A stretch of 64,000 nt of DNA from Spirochaetia bacterium (GTDB taxonomy: Bacteria; Spirochaetota; Spirochaetia; DSM-16054; Sediminispirochaetaceae), in contig JAXHMY010000001.1 in NCBI GenBank assembly GCA_034520965.1, positions 544,001 through 608,000 on the forward strand, in the 5' to 3' direction. Positions within the stretch are counted from its first letter, which is position 1. Every line of letters starts with the position of its first letter. The position numbers were made by a program, and so were the translations under genes. This document shows positions 54,940 to 64,000 of the stretch, one piece after another. The notes under the pieces are model-generated. The model did not search any database and was not told where the DNA came from. It was given only the letters and a program-made list of their open reading frames with translations.

Positions 54940-57079
54940 CTAAAACTCTTCCGCGATTTCCTCTAACGAAGCATATTCGGGAATAAATTGGGCGGTTTGT
55001 CCGGTTTCAAAACGAACAAATACCACTACATGACTTCCGTTATGGGTCGTTTTCCACACTACACCGGCGCCATACTCATCATGATACACACGGGTACCCT
55101 TTTTCCACTCCCGGGCTTCTTCAGAATAATCCAGCAGCACCGCCGATCCCCTGACCGGGGAGGGAATATCGTGAATCTAACTCAACTTCAGCCTCGGGCA
55201 GTTCGTTGAGAAAGCGGGAGGGCATCTGGAAGTTGGTTTTTCCCCAAATCATTCTCTGGCGACAGGAGGTAAAGTAGAGTTCATTTCGAGCCCGGGTGAT
55301 GCTTACATAGAAGATTCTCCGTTCCTCTTCAAGCTCATCGTCTTTTTCATCGGGACGGCTGGGAAACAAACCATCTTCCATACCAGTAATTATTACGCGG
55401 TCAAACTCAAGCCCCTTGGTGTTATGCATGGTAATCAAGGTCACTCCCGGCAGAGCTGCCGGATCATCCTTAGCTATCCGGGAGCGGTCCAGCTCAAGAT
55501 CTTCCAAGAACCGGCTTAAACCTTCCATTCCACCGGAGTAGTCAGCGGCGGCACTGACCAGTTCTTCTAAATTCGCTACCTTTTGAGTAAGTGCTATCTC
55601 ATCCTGCTTGCGATGATACTCAAGTATGCCGGATTTTCTTACGGCGGTATTGATAAAATCCGACAGAAGTTTTTCGGTAATCCCCTTCTCAAGTTCCTGT
55701 AGATAACCCAGCACCTCTTCAACACCCTTACGGCTGCGTGAGGAGAGGGCGGGGGCCATGCGCTGCATTGCAGCAATTAGGTCTCCGTCTTCGCTCACCG
55801 CCTCCTCAATAAGGGATGAAACGGTTTTTGCCCCGATACCACGGGCGGGTTTATTTACGATCCGCCGAAAGGCTACCTCGTCATTATGATTTACAAAAAA
55901 ACTAAGCAGCGCAAGGGCATCCTTTACCTCCTCACGGTCATAAAACCTAAGGGAGCCTACAATCTTATAGGGGATTCCCTTTTTTACAAAACAGGTTTCC
56001 AGGCTTCGCGACTGGGCGTTGGTTCGATACAGGATTGCTGTGCCGGCCATATTCCCATCTTCCAGCAGCCGGGCGCAGTATTCCGCTTCTTCGTCATGAT
56101 TACGCAGAAAGGCAACTTTTGCCTTTACCCCCTTTCCCTGACTGGTCCAGAGGGTTTTTCCCAGGCGCTGACGGTTATGGTTCACTACATGAGAGGCTAT
56201 AGAGAGGATTCTTTCAGTCGATCGATAATTCTGCTCAAGACGGATAATTTTAGTGTTTTCAAACTCATCGGGAAAAGTGATAATATTGCGCACCTCAGCC
56301 CCACGAAAGCGGTAGATTGACTGATCATCATCGCCTACCACACACAGGGATGTCTGAGGACCATACAGAAGCTTCAGCAGTTCATATTGGGCTACATTTG
56401 AGTCCTGATACTCATCCACCAAAATCACCTTAAATCGGGAATGCATTCGACGCTGAACTTCCGGTTCCGACCGCAGCAGTTCCACCGGACGAAGGATTAA
56501 ATCGCCAAAATCAGCATTCCCAATCTCGCGCAGCCGGTCCTCATAACGGGTATACATCTCCTGCAGACGCGGGTCGCTGCTTATTTGAGATAGATCATCC
56601 CCAGGACAAAGCGCGTAATCCTTGGCCCGGCTTATCGTACGGTTGTAAGTAGACAGCTCGCGGCGCTTGTAAGAGGGATACAAGCTGTGCAGCAGAGTCA
56701 AAGAGTCATCATCATCATAGATGGAAAAGTTACTATTCAGGCCCAGCAGATGGGCGTTGCGACGCAGGAGCCAAGCACCAAAGGAGTGAAACGTACGAAC
56801 CATAACCCCATAGGCATTGGGGGCCATGGTCAATACCCGAGAATGCATTTCATCGGCCGCTTTATTAGTAAAAGTTACCGCTAAGATTGAGCGCGGATCG
56901 ACTCCCAGCTGATTGATAAAATAGGCAATTTTAGTGGTAATTACCCGGGTTTTACCGGAACCGGCGCCGGCTAAAATGAGAAGCGATCGCCCCTCATGGA
57001 GAACAGCCTGCTTTTGCTCTTTATTGAGCACTTGCAAATAATTCGCTTCTTCCGTATTTTCCGATTTAGATGAGCTCAT
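54940..57079 (-). CDS. uvrD: ATP-dependent DNA helicase UvrD/PcrA, frameshift near 55150
   Basis: LAGAGSGKT, TFTNKAA, VDEYQD, LEQNYRS, EERR..YV.ITRA; C-terminal Tudor-like RVYHDEYG.G. Confidence 0.93.
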
Positions 57080-58412
57080 TCAGGGGCACCACCTCAAGAT
57101 CGAAGTTATTGCGCTTTACAACCTTCATATCAAGCCAGTTGCCCGGCTGCACTTGATCGCTCAGTATAATGGCTGTTCCGTCCACCTCCGGGGCGTGCAA
57201 ATACCCACGGCCAAGGGCCATAGCTTCCTCCGGAATAGTCTCTTCAACCAAAACTCGCAGCGGGCGCTGTACAAAACGGTCCATTTGCTTTGCGGAGACC
57301 TCCGACTGCACCTGCTCTAAAGCATTTTTCCTTAGCTGAGCTCGGCGGGAGATCAACTTGTCGCCGAAACCAGAACGCAACGAGTACGCCCGAGTGCCCT
57401 CTTCGCGCGAGAACAGGAATACGCCGGCCCAGTCAAAGCGGGCTTCCTGCTGGAAGCTCTGAAGCTGTTGAAACTCACGCCGGCCTTCGCCGGGAAAGCC
57501 AACCATCAGGGTCGACCGGATAACTGAATCCGGAAGCTCGTAACGAATCTGCTCAATAAGATGCAGATACTCTGAGGCGGTGCCGCTGCGGCCCATCCGC
57601 CGCAACACCCGCGTGGATCCGTGTTGAAAGGGAATATCAAAGTACGGAAGGATTCGCGGATCATCCTTCATGATCGATAGAATTTCGACGGGGAAATTAT
57701 CCGGATGAATATACAACAGGCGCAGCCAAAAATCCCCGGACAGTTCGCTAATCTTCCTCAAGAGCAAGGGAAACTCCTGTTGTCCGCGATCGTTCCCGAA
57801 GGCAGCCAAGTCCTGGGCAATGAGGTTGATTTCAACAATCCCCTTTTGCAGGAGTTCCCGGATCTGTCGTAAAATTTCTTCGATGGGTATACTTTTAAGC
57901 GGGCCGCGGATAAGGGGGATCGCGCAAAAACTGCAGCGATGATTGCAGCCTTCAGATATCTTTACATAGGAAGAACCGGCGAAAGAAAAAAGCTGATCAC
58001 GATAGGCGGGAGAATACTGCCAATCCGGTAAAGTGACCGGGCGCTCACCAGCCATTACCTGCTGCGACACAGTATCGATTTGCTGCAGATCATGATTGCC
58101 GAAAATACCGTCGACCTCCGGCAGCTGCTCCAGTAAATCCTTTCCATAACGCTGGGCAAAACAACCAGCCAGCAGTACCTTTTTTCCCGGGTAGGCTGTG
58201 CGAAATGAGAGCACCGTTTCTATACTCTCCTCTTTAGCCGGCTGAATAAAGCCGCAGGTGTTTACGATGATCAAGTCGGCCTGCTCGGCCTGATCAACAT
58301 AGGTCCATCCCTTTTGCTGCAAGGTAGCGAGTAGTATTTCGGAATCTACCTGGTTCTTGGCGCAACCGAGACTCTCTATATAAAATTTAGCTTGGCTATT
58401 GTTTGACTGCAT
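57066..58412 (-). CDS. rimO: Ribosomal protein S12 methylthiotransferase
   Basis: SLGCAKNQVDSE, NTCGFI, EGCNHRCSFCAIP, APEVDG. Confidence 0.95.
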   Translation of the reverse strand: MQSNNSQAKFYIESLGCAKNQVDSEILLATLQQKGWTYVDQAEQADLIIVNTCGFIQPAKEESIETVLSFRTAYPGKKVLLAGCFAQRYGKDLLEQLPEVDGIFGNHDLQQIDTVSQQVMAGERPVTLPDWQYSPAYRDQLFSFAGSSYVKISEGCNHRCSFCAIPLIRGPLKSIPIEEILRQIRELLQKGIVEINLIAQDLAAFGNDRGQQEFPLLLRKISELSGDFWLRLLYIHPDNFPVEILSIMKDDPRILPYFDIPFQHGSTRVLRRMGRSGTASEYLHLIEQIRYELPDSVIRSTLMVGFPGEGRREFQQLQSFQQEARFDWAGVFLFSREEGTRAYSLRSGFGDKLISRRAQLRKNALEQVQSEVSAKQMDRFVQRPLRVLVEETIPEEAMALGRGYLHAPEVDGTAIILSDQVQPGNWLDMKVVKRNNFDLEVVPLNELI

Positions 58413-59555
58413 TAGTAAACCGGTAACATTCTCAACTCATAGCGATCAGCATCTTCATCACGCTGCCAACGAATCAGTTTAGTTGCTACCTCTCCGGGGC
58501 CGCCAAAGTTGATTTCTTCTCCAGCTAATTTGGCTTGGAAGGAACCGGCATTTGAAATCCACAACATCACTTCCCGGTCAACCTCTAAGCGGAGAGTATC
58601 GTTTCCATTAAAGTAGCGCTGCTCCCGACTCTCTCCATCTTTGCTATACCGTACCAGAGAATAGCCGCGGAAGGATACATCAATTCGAAATGCTTCAGGC
58701 TGTTCTGCGGTAATAATTGTTACCGGCGACTGGGTTCGAGACTCCACCGAAGTAGTACCCGTATCAGAAACGGTGATAGCCTCTGTCTGATTCTCTGTTG
58801 AAGATATTTCTTCGGATTCTGCTTCAGCGGTCCTCCCGAGGCCCCGGTCAAAACGCAGCACTGCTGTTCCGCCCTGGGTATCAATATCCTGGACCTTAAT
58901 ACTTATATCATTCCGATCATCCTGGGTAAGATCAAGCAGCAGCTCTTCACCCAAGGACGCTTTGGTAATTCCGTTTGGCGTAGTTAAGCTCACTTGCTCC
59001 CCAACCTCGGTTACCGTAATATCTATCCTTTCCTCGTTCAGGACCAGTCGTAAAGTCTGTCCTTCCTGAAACCGCCGCTCAACGATCTCCTCACCCATCT
59101 CATAACGGCCGGCGGACGTTTCGGCCTCCTGCTGCATTGTTGAGTTCTGCTGTGCCTCGGCCGCTTCAACCTGTCCGGAATCATTACTTAGCCAAAGGTA
59201 AGCTCCATACCCCCCACCGCCCACTACAGCGACGGCTAGGACAATTCCAAGTCATGCATGCTGAGGGAAGGGCCGACGTCTTCTTACCCTGAAGAAGCTC
59301 TTCCATGGGTACCGGCTGCTCTTGTATTTGCATATTACGGTACAAGTTTACCAGGCGTTCAGAATCGAGCCCCAAATAATCACTGTAATTTCGCAAAAAT
59401 CCGAGCAGGTAGGTATCGCCGGGAAAAGCGGAAAAATCTTCCTGCTCCATCGCCAGAATAAAACGACGGGCGATATTAGTATCTCGGGCTACCTGGTCGG
59501 TAGAGTAACCCTTTTCCTCACGTGCTGTTTTTAACTTTTCACCTATAGATTCCAT
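58412..59555 (-). CDS. rodZ: RodZ-like HTH/TM/DUF4115 protein, frameshifted in the TM region
   Basis: IGEKLK.ARE..FPGDTY.LGFLRNYS.YLGL; C-terminal SNAG. Confidence 0.8.
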
Positions 59556-59558
59556 ATT

Positions 59559-60249
59559 TTAATTTTCCGGTTCAAATAGAAAATTATCAACCTTATACGC
59601 CGACGGCGGCTCCTCAAAACGAAAACGGGTATCGGGAATATTCTGATTGGGTTGAATGCCTATAAAATCAAATTGAAAATTCTCGTACGCATCTGTTATA
59701 CCAACCATTCGTCGTATCATCATATCCTTGTTCACGGACATCTCTATCTGCCGAAACCCTTCGCCGGGTGTACGCCATGCCAGCTTCAGCTTTCGTACCA
59801 TCTCGTCCGAACCCTCTTCAATCGGTACCGGCTCCGGACCATCTAAAAATGCTACGCTGTAGTTCTGTTTTAACAGGTTTCAACCCCTGTTCGCTGGCCA
59901 TGGTTTCCAGGGACGACTTTGAGTGACGAGTTATTTCCTGCCGCATTACTACATGATGCAGGGGGAGATACAACAGCATTTGAACACCATCTACTACCAA
60001 TACCTGGTCCTCAGGCTCGGTAAAGTTTATCCGAAGAAGGTTTGGAGACTTATAGTAGATTTTCCCCTTTAAGACTTCCTCTTCCTTGGAAATAATAATA
60101 TCGGCCTTATAATCATCAATAGTGCCGTAGTGTTCCGATACCGCCTCAAAATATTGTTCAGCGGTTAGTATATTCTGAGCAAACAGTGTCAACGGCGTTA
60201 CGGCTGCCATCAAGACGAGTGCGGACAAGTAAATAGTTATCTTTTTCAT
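59559..60249 (-). CDS. lolA: LolA-like lipoprotein carrier protein, frameshifted
   Basis: Signal peptide; GKIYYKSPNLLRINFTEP..VDG; C-terminal F.FEEP. Confidence 0.75.
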
Positions 60250-60313
60250 CTGTTTCATCATACTCAATGAGGGGTGTTTGTCAAGGATGGGAGTAATTCC
60301 AAATTATTTGGAA

Positions 60314-62755
60314 TTACTGGTCACTGGAGAGCCCTGTGTACTGCAGGGCTAAATATTTCAAACCGTTCTTGGACAGTTTTAGGGGCTCACCGCAGCTTGC
60401 ACACACAAAACGCTGATTTTCCATATGTCCAGAGGCACATGCAACACAATACACCCTCCCACAACTTGGACAGATACCGGCCGGCATTTCTCCGGGAGGC
60501 TCTCCGTACAATCTCACTTGACTCTGCTCCGGTATATCAAGGGGAACCCACCACTCACGACCGCATTCAGCACATTCAAAATGTTCTTCCGTGATGTCCC
60601 GAATACGGCTTAACAGCTCCCGGGCTTCAGTTTTCAACTTAGTATCTAATAGCTGTTCAGCTTCCAAACGGGACACTTCCATAGCACCCGAGTGCAGAGC
60701 ACTTTGGGCATGCAGAAGTTTCAGCTGCAGCGAGTCGGGATCCATATCCAGCCCGGCTCCACTTGCGGAAAAGGCGCGCTGATACTCTCCCTTCTCCATT
60801 GCAATTTTGGTAATGAGCTCGTAGCCCCTCACTGTCGGAGTCGATTCCAGTAGGCTTGCTAACTGTTCTTCGGCTCCATTAATATACCCCCCATCCCAGA
60901 GAGCCGCTGCAAGATTTTCTCGAAACACCGGTTCGTCCGGATTTAGCTGAACCGCACGACGGTACGCTTCAGTAGCATCTTCGAGGCGATCACTTTTAGC
61001 ATACAAGTTTCCTATTTGGTTAAAAGAGGGCGCGTCTTGCTTATTGAATACTTCTAAAGCGGCATCCAGCCCCTCTGTATGAAATTTTACTTCCGAATAA
61101 TTTATGACCACCTCGGTCTCTTCCGGCAGGAGCGAATAAGCATTTTCAAGTACGTCCCGAGCTGCTCCGTACTCGCCCTGCTCCATTTTTATCAGTCCCG
61201 CCAGATTATGCACCCAGCCGTCCTTTGGCTGCAGTTCCCGTGCCTTCGCAAGCGCCTCCGCCGGATCGCTTCCCATCAGATACTCACATTCAGCACGCTT
61301 GAGCCAATACAGATAAAAATCGGGAACACTTTCAATGGCCACATTAAAGCAGCGTACCGCCTCCGCATGTGCCCCCCGCTGCATATACAGAAGGCCCTGC
61401 AGAAACTCAATTTCACTTTCCGCCTCTCCCCTTTCAATCAGAGACCGAAAAATCTTCTCCGCCGCCTCGATACTGCCTTCCTGAAAGAGCAGTTTACCTC
61501 GAACTGCCGCCACATGTGGATTATCAGGATCGATCCTTTTAATCTGTTCAAAGATAAAAGGGAGCTCATCAAAGGCCTCCTGCCGAAAGAACAGCCGCGA
61601 AGCCTCCGCATAATACAAACCGGCTTGGGCTGGATCATCGCTGCGATCGAGAGCCCGGGCTGCATTCAAATGAAAAATCGGCACTTCACCATTCAGTTCA
61701 ACCGCCTTCAGATACTTTTGGGCCGCCTCCGACCAACGTCCCATGGCATACTCCGCATTTCCATATAAATTCCAGAGCGGGGAATTCTGTGGAAAAGAAT
61801 CAATAATCTGCTCCACATACCTGCGGGTCTCTAAGAAACGGTTTTGAAGGTACAAGAGATTGGCCTTTTCAAGTTTTGCCTCTGCATAAGATGAATCCTG
61901 CTGAAGACAGAGTTCAATCTGCTCAAGCGCCTCTTGGTACAGACCCAGGTTTAAATACGTCTCCGCAAGTATAAAAAGTCCATCTTTCTCGGGTGTACTT
62001 TGCTGGAAGGCACGGCGAAGCTGGACCAGCGCACCGGTAAAATGCCCCTGACCATACAAACGCTCAGCCAAGCGCAGCCGCTGCTGAGGGTCCACTGAAA
62101 GTACCTTCGTCCAGCGATCATACCATACCTCCACTTCCACAGGTCGGGACTCAAGCAGCATATGTGTAAGGGCAAACTCAGCATGCTGCCCCTGATCATA
62201 ATTCTGTCCGGCAAACGCCAGTAAGCCGGTATCAAAGGACTCGTCGGCGGTTTCTGCAATCCATTGGTCATCAAGATAAAAGGAAAAGGAGGAGTTATGG
62301 GCAATAATACGAAACTTAAAGGATGAGGAAGTCTGTTGAAGGGGTATTTCCAACCAGGGAATGAGAGGGGTTGGATTTCCGTTAAACACCACATCAAAAC
62401 GGAAATAACCTCTATTTGAAATGAGTGCGTAATAGTAATTTTCTTCATTGATATAACGAAACAGCAAGCCTGCGGCGGAGTGGCCGTTGTCAGGACTGCA
62501 CTGGATCTGCATTTCGGACACAAAATTGCGGTAGCGATAGGGCGAAAAGAGAGCCCATGCAAATAAGTTGCTCCGCTTTAACTGCAAGCGCAGGGCAGCA
62601 TGAGAATGCACAGCCCGGAAGGAGTCCGTATCCTCCTCTACAAAGCGCTTTTTGCTCAGTGCCGAAAAGTTTGATTTCCATTTCTCTTCGCCGAGAGCTC
62701 CCTCTTCAGGCGTGTTTCTCGACAGCTTGCTCAATATCCAGCGTAACATATGCAT
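60314..62755 (-). CDS. Multi-domain TPR protein (beta-sandwich, TPRs, C-terminal 8-Cys zinc finger)
   Basis: Repeated TPR helices; CAEC..CPSCGRVYCVAC..CASC. Confidence 0.85.
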   Translation of the reverse strand: MHMLRWILSKLSRNTPEEGALGEEKWKSNFSALSKKRFVEEDTDSFRAVHSHAALRLQLKRSNLFAWALFSPYRYRNFVSEMQIQCSPDNGHSAAGLLFRYINEENYYYALISNRGYFRFDVVFNGNPTPLIPWLEIPLQQTSSSFKFRIIAHNSSFSFYLDDQWIAETADESFDTGLLAFAGQNYDQGQHAEFALTHMLLESRPVEVEVWYDRWTKVLSVDPQQRLRLAERLYGQGHFTGALVQLRRAFQQSTPEKDGLFILAETYLNLGLYQEALEQIELCLQQDSSYAEAKLEKANLLYLQNRFLETRRYVEQIIDSFPQNSPLWNLYGNAEYAMGRWSEAAQKYLKAVELNGEVPIFHLNAARALDRSDDPAQAGLYYAEASRLFFRQEAFDELPFIFEQIKRIDPDNPHVAAVRGKLLFQEGSIEAAEKIFRSLIERGEAESEIEFLQGLLYMQRGAHAEAVRCFNVAIESVPDFYLYWLKRAECEYLMGSDPAEALAKARELQPKDGWVHNLAGLIKMEQGEYGAARDVLENAYSLLPEETEVVINYSEVKFHTEGLDAALEVFNKQDAPSFNQIGNLYAKSDRLEDATEAYRRAVQLNPDEPVFRENLAAALWDGGYINGAEEQLASLLESTPTVRGYELITKIAMEKGEYQRAFSASGAGLDMDPDSLQLKLLHAQSALHSGAMEVSRLEAEQLLDTKLKTEARELLSRIRDITEEHFECAECGREWWVPLDIPEQSQVRLYGEPPGEMPAGICPSCGRVYCVACASGHMENQRFVCASCGEPLKLSKNGLKYLALQYTGLSSDQ

Positions 62756-62856
62756 CGGTTAGTATACGCAGCTGAAAGCTTTACGTCCACCATGGTAGTT
62801 ACGATTTTGAGAGGACATTTCGATATCCCTTGTCTGATGGGCATCGTTAGTGTAAA

Positions 62857-63540
62857 TTGGGAAGCATGAACAGGATAAAGAATGATGAATCCCGCACCCG
62901 GAGTGTCTTCCTTATCATGGGAACGTTCATTCTGACCATTGCTTTGTATCAGAATATTTTTCTTGACCTCCCCTATTTCTACGCTCTGTTTTCACTTGGG
63001 ATGTTTGTAATTCTTCTGGCCCTTTACAATGCCTTTGCTGCAACTAGCTTGTTTGAAAACTGGCGAGGTCGAGACATACTCATTTTTTCGATCATTCTGC
63101 TCATCAGCTGCGTAGGCATTGACAAACTGGGAATGTACTTGGGATATTGGGAGTACCCCCATTACGACAGCAGTGACGACTTGCGCAAGTATTTATTTGA
63201 ATGGGCGGTTGCTCTACTCTACCACATGATAAGCCTTTTAATAGGCATAGAACTGTTTCAGAAAGCCAAACTGCATCAAACCAGTGCGTTTTTCCTGAGC
63301 ATGCTGATAGTGGTTACCCCGGTAGGATTTTTAACCGAAATCCTAAATCTAAATGTGTACTCATGGCGTGTATTACGCATGCCCTTTTCGAATTTCAAAA
63401 TCGGCGACTTTTTTCTCATTTTTCAGACCCTAGGGTATTGGTTAATGGCTTTAATCCCTTATGGGCTCTATCTGTTAATTGATTACATTGTAAAAAAAAG
63501 AAAAACAACAAAAACTATTATTGAAAGGGCAGGAATATAG
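62857..63540 (+). CDS. Hypothetical polytopic membrane protein
   Basis: About six hydrophobic segments; AT-rich. Confidence 0.7.
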   Translation: MGSMNRIKNDESRTRSVFLIMGTFILTIALYQNIFLDLPYFYALFSLGMFVILLALYNAFAATSLFENWRGRDILIFSIILLISCVGIDKLGMYLGYWEYPHYDSSDDLRKYLFEWAVALLYHMISLLIGIELFQKAKLHQTSAFFLSMLIVVTPVGFLTEILNLNVYSWRVLRMPFSNFKIGDFFLIFQTLGYWLMALIPYGLYLLIDYIVKKRKTTKTIIERAGI

Positions 63541-63541
63541 C

Positions 63542-64000
63542 ATGCATTCAAACAAGATAAAGGTACTCTCGGTCGGTGGTTCAATCATTGCACCCGAGGG
63601 GGTGGACAGCGATTTTCTAATGCGTTTTCGAAGGGCCATCAGCGAATATTTGGCAGAAGACCTTCAGCGAAAAGTTATTATGGTCAGTGGAGGGGGAATG
63701 CCCGCCAGGCTCTATCAAAAGGCTTATCGCGAAGTCGTACAGGACCATAACAGTGAAGAGCAAGACTGGATTGGAATTGCGGCGACTCGCTTAAACGCCC
63801 GGCTATTGAAAGCAGTGTTCTCGGAGCAATGCCTGAACGAGGTGGTAACAGACCCAACCGTTGTGACCGCAATGAAGGGACAAGTACTGGTAGCAGCCGG
63901 CTGGAAACCCGGCTTTTCAACGGATAACGATGCGGTACTGCTGGCCGAGAAGTTTGGGGCAGATACGGTGATCAACTTATCCAATATTGCAAAAATATAC
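63542..64000 (+). CDS. pyrH: UMP kinase (archaeal-type), frameshifted, runs off the window (not in the ORF track)
   Basis: KVLSVGGSII, QDWIGIAATRLNA, AAGWKPGFSTDNDAVLLA, INLSNI. Confidence 0.9.
   Translation, partial: MHSNKIKVLSVGGSIIAPEGVDSDFLMRFRRAISEYLAEDLQRKVIMVSGGGMPARLYQKAYREVVQDHNSEEQDWIGIAATRLNARLLKAVFSEQCLNEVVTDPTVVTAMKGQVLVAAGWKPGFSTDNDAVLLAEKFGADTVINLSNIAKIY

Overview
Core-genome window from an anaerobic, fermentative spirochaete (Spirochaetaceae-like). The assignment rests on class I LysRS, an archaeal-type UMP kinase, the fliS-flgN-polA-coaE-SPOR gene order and the lolA-rodZ-rimO-uvrD-rplM-rpsI gene order. It encodes an electron-bifurcating-type [FeFe]-hydrogenase operon with a divergent rex, a 4-subunit 2-oxoacid:ferredoxin oxidoreductase, a rubrerythrin/superoxide reductase/rubredoxin cluster beside a WYL regulator, an NqrBCDEF-like operon lacking nqrA, an oligopeptide ABC transporter and many housekeeping genes. 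About 20 genes, some essential, are split by 1-2 nt indels, which points to uncorrected long-read errors rather than real decay. I saw no CRISPR array, rRNA, tRNA or transposase. The most notable features are: two families of dispersed structured intergenic repeats (a ~140-145 bp MITE-like element and a ~68 bp double-hairpin element); apparent leaderless promoter architecture at nine genes; the NqrA-less NQR-like operon with an extra unknown gene; a DnaK-substrate-binding-like/TM/OmpA fusion; a hidden PAP2-like protein; and a TPR protein with a FYVE/RING-like 8-Cys finger. All family calls come from motif recognition by eye, not database searches.
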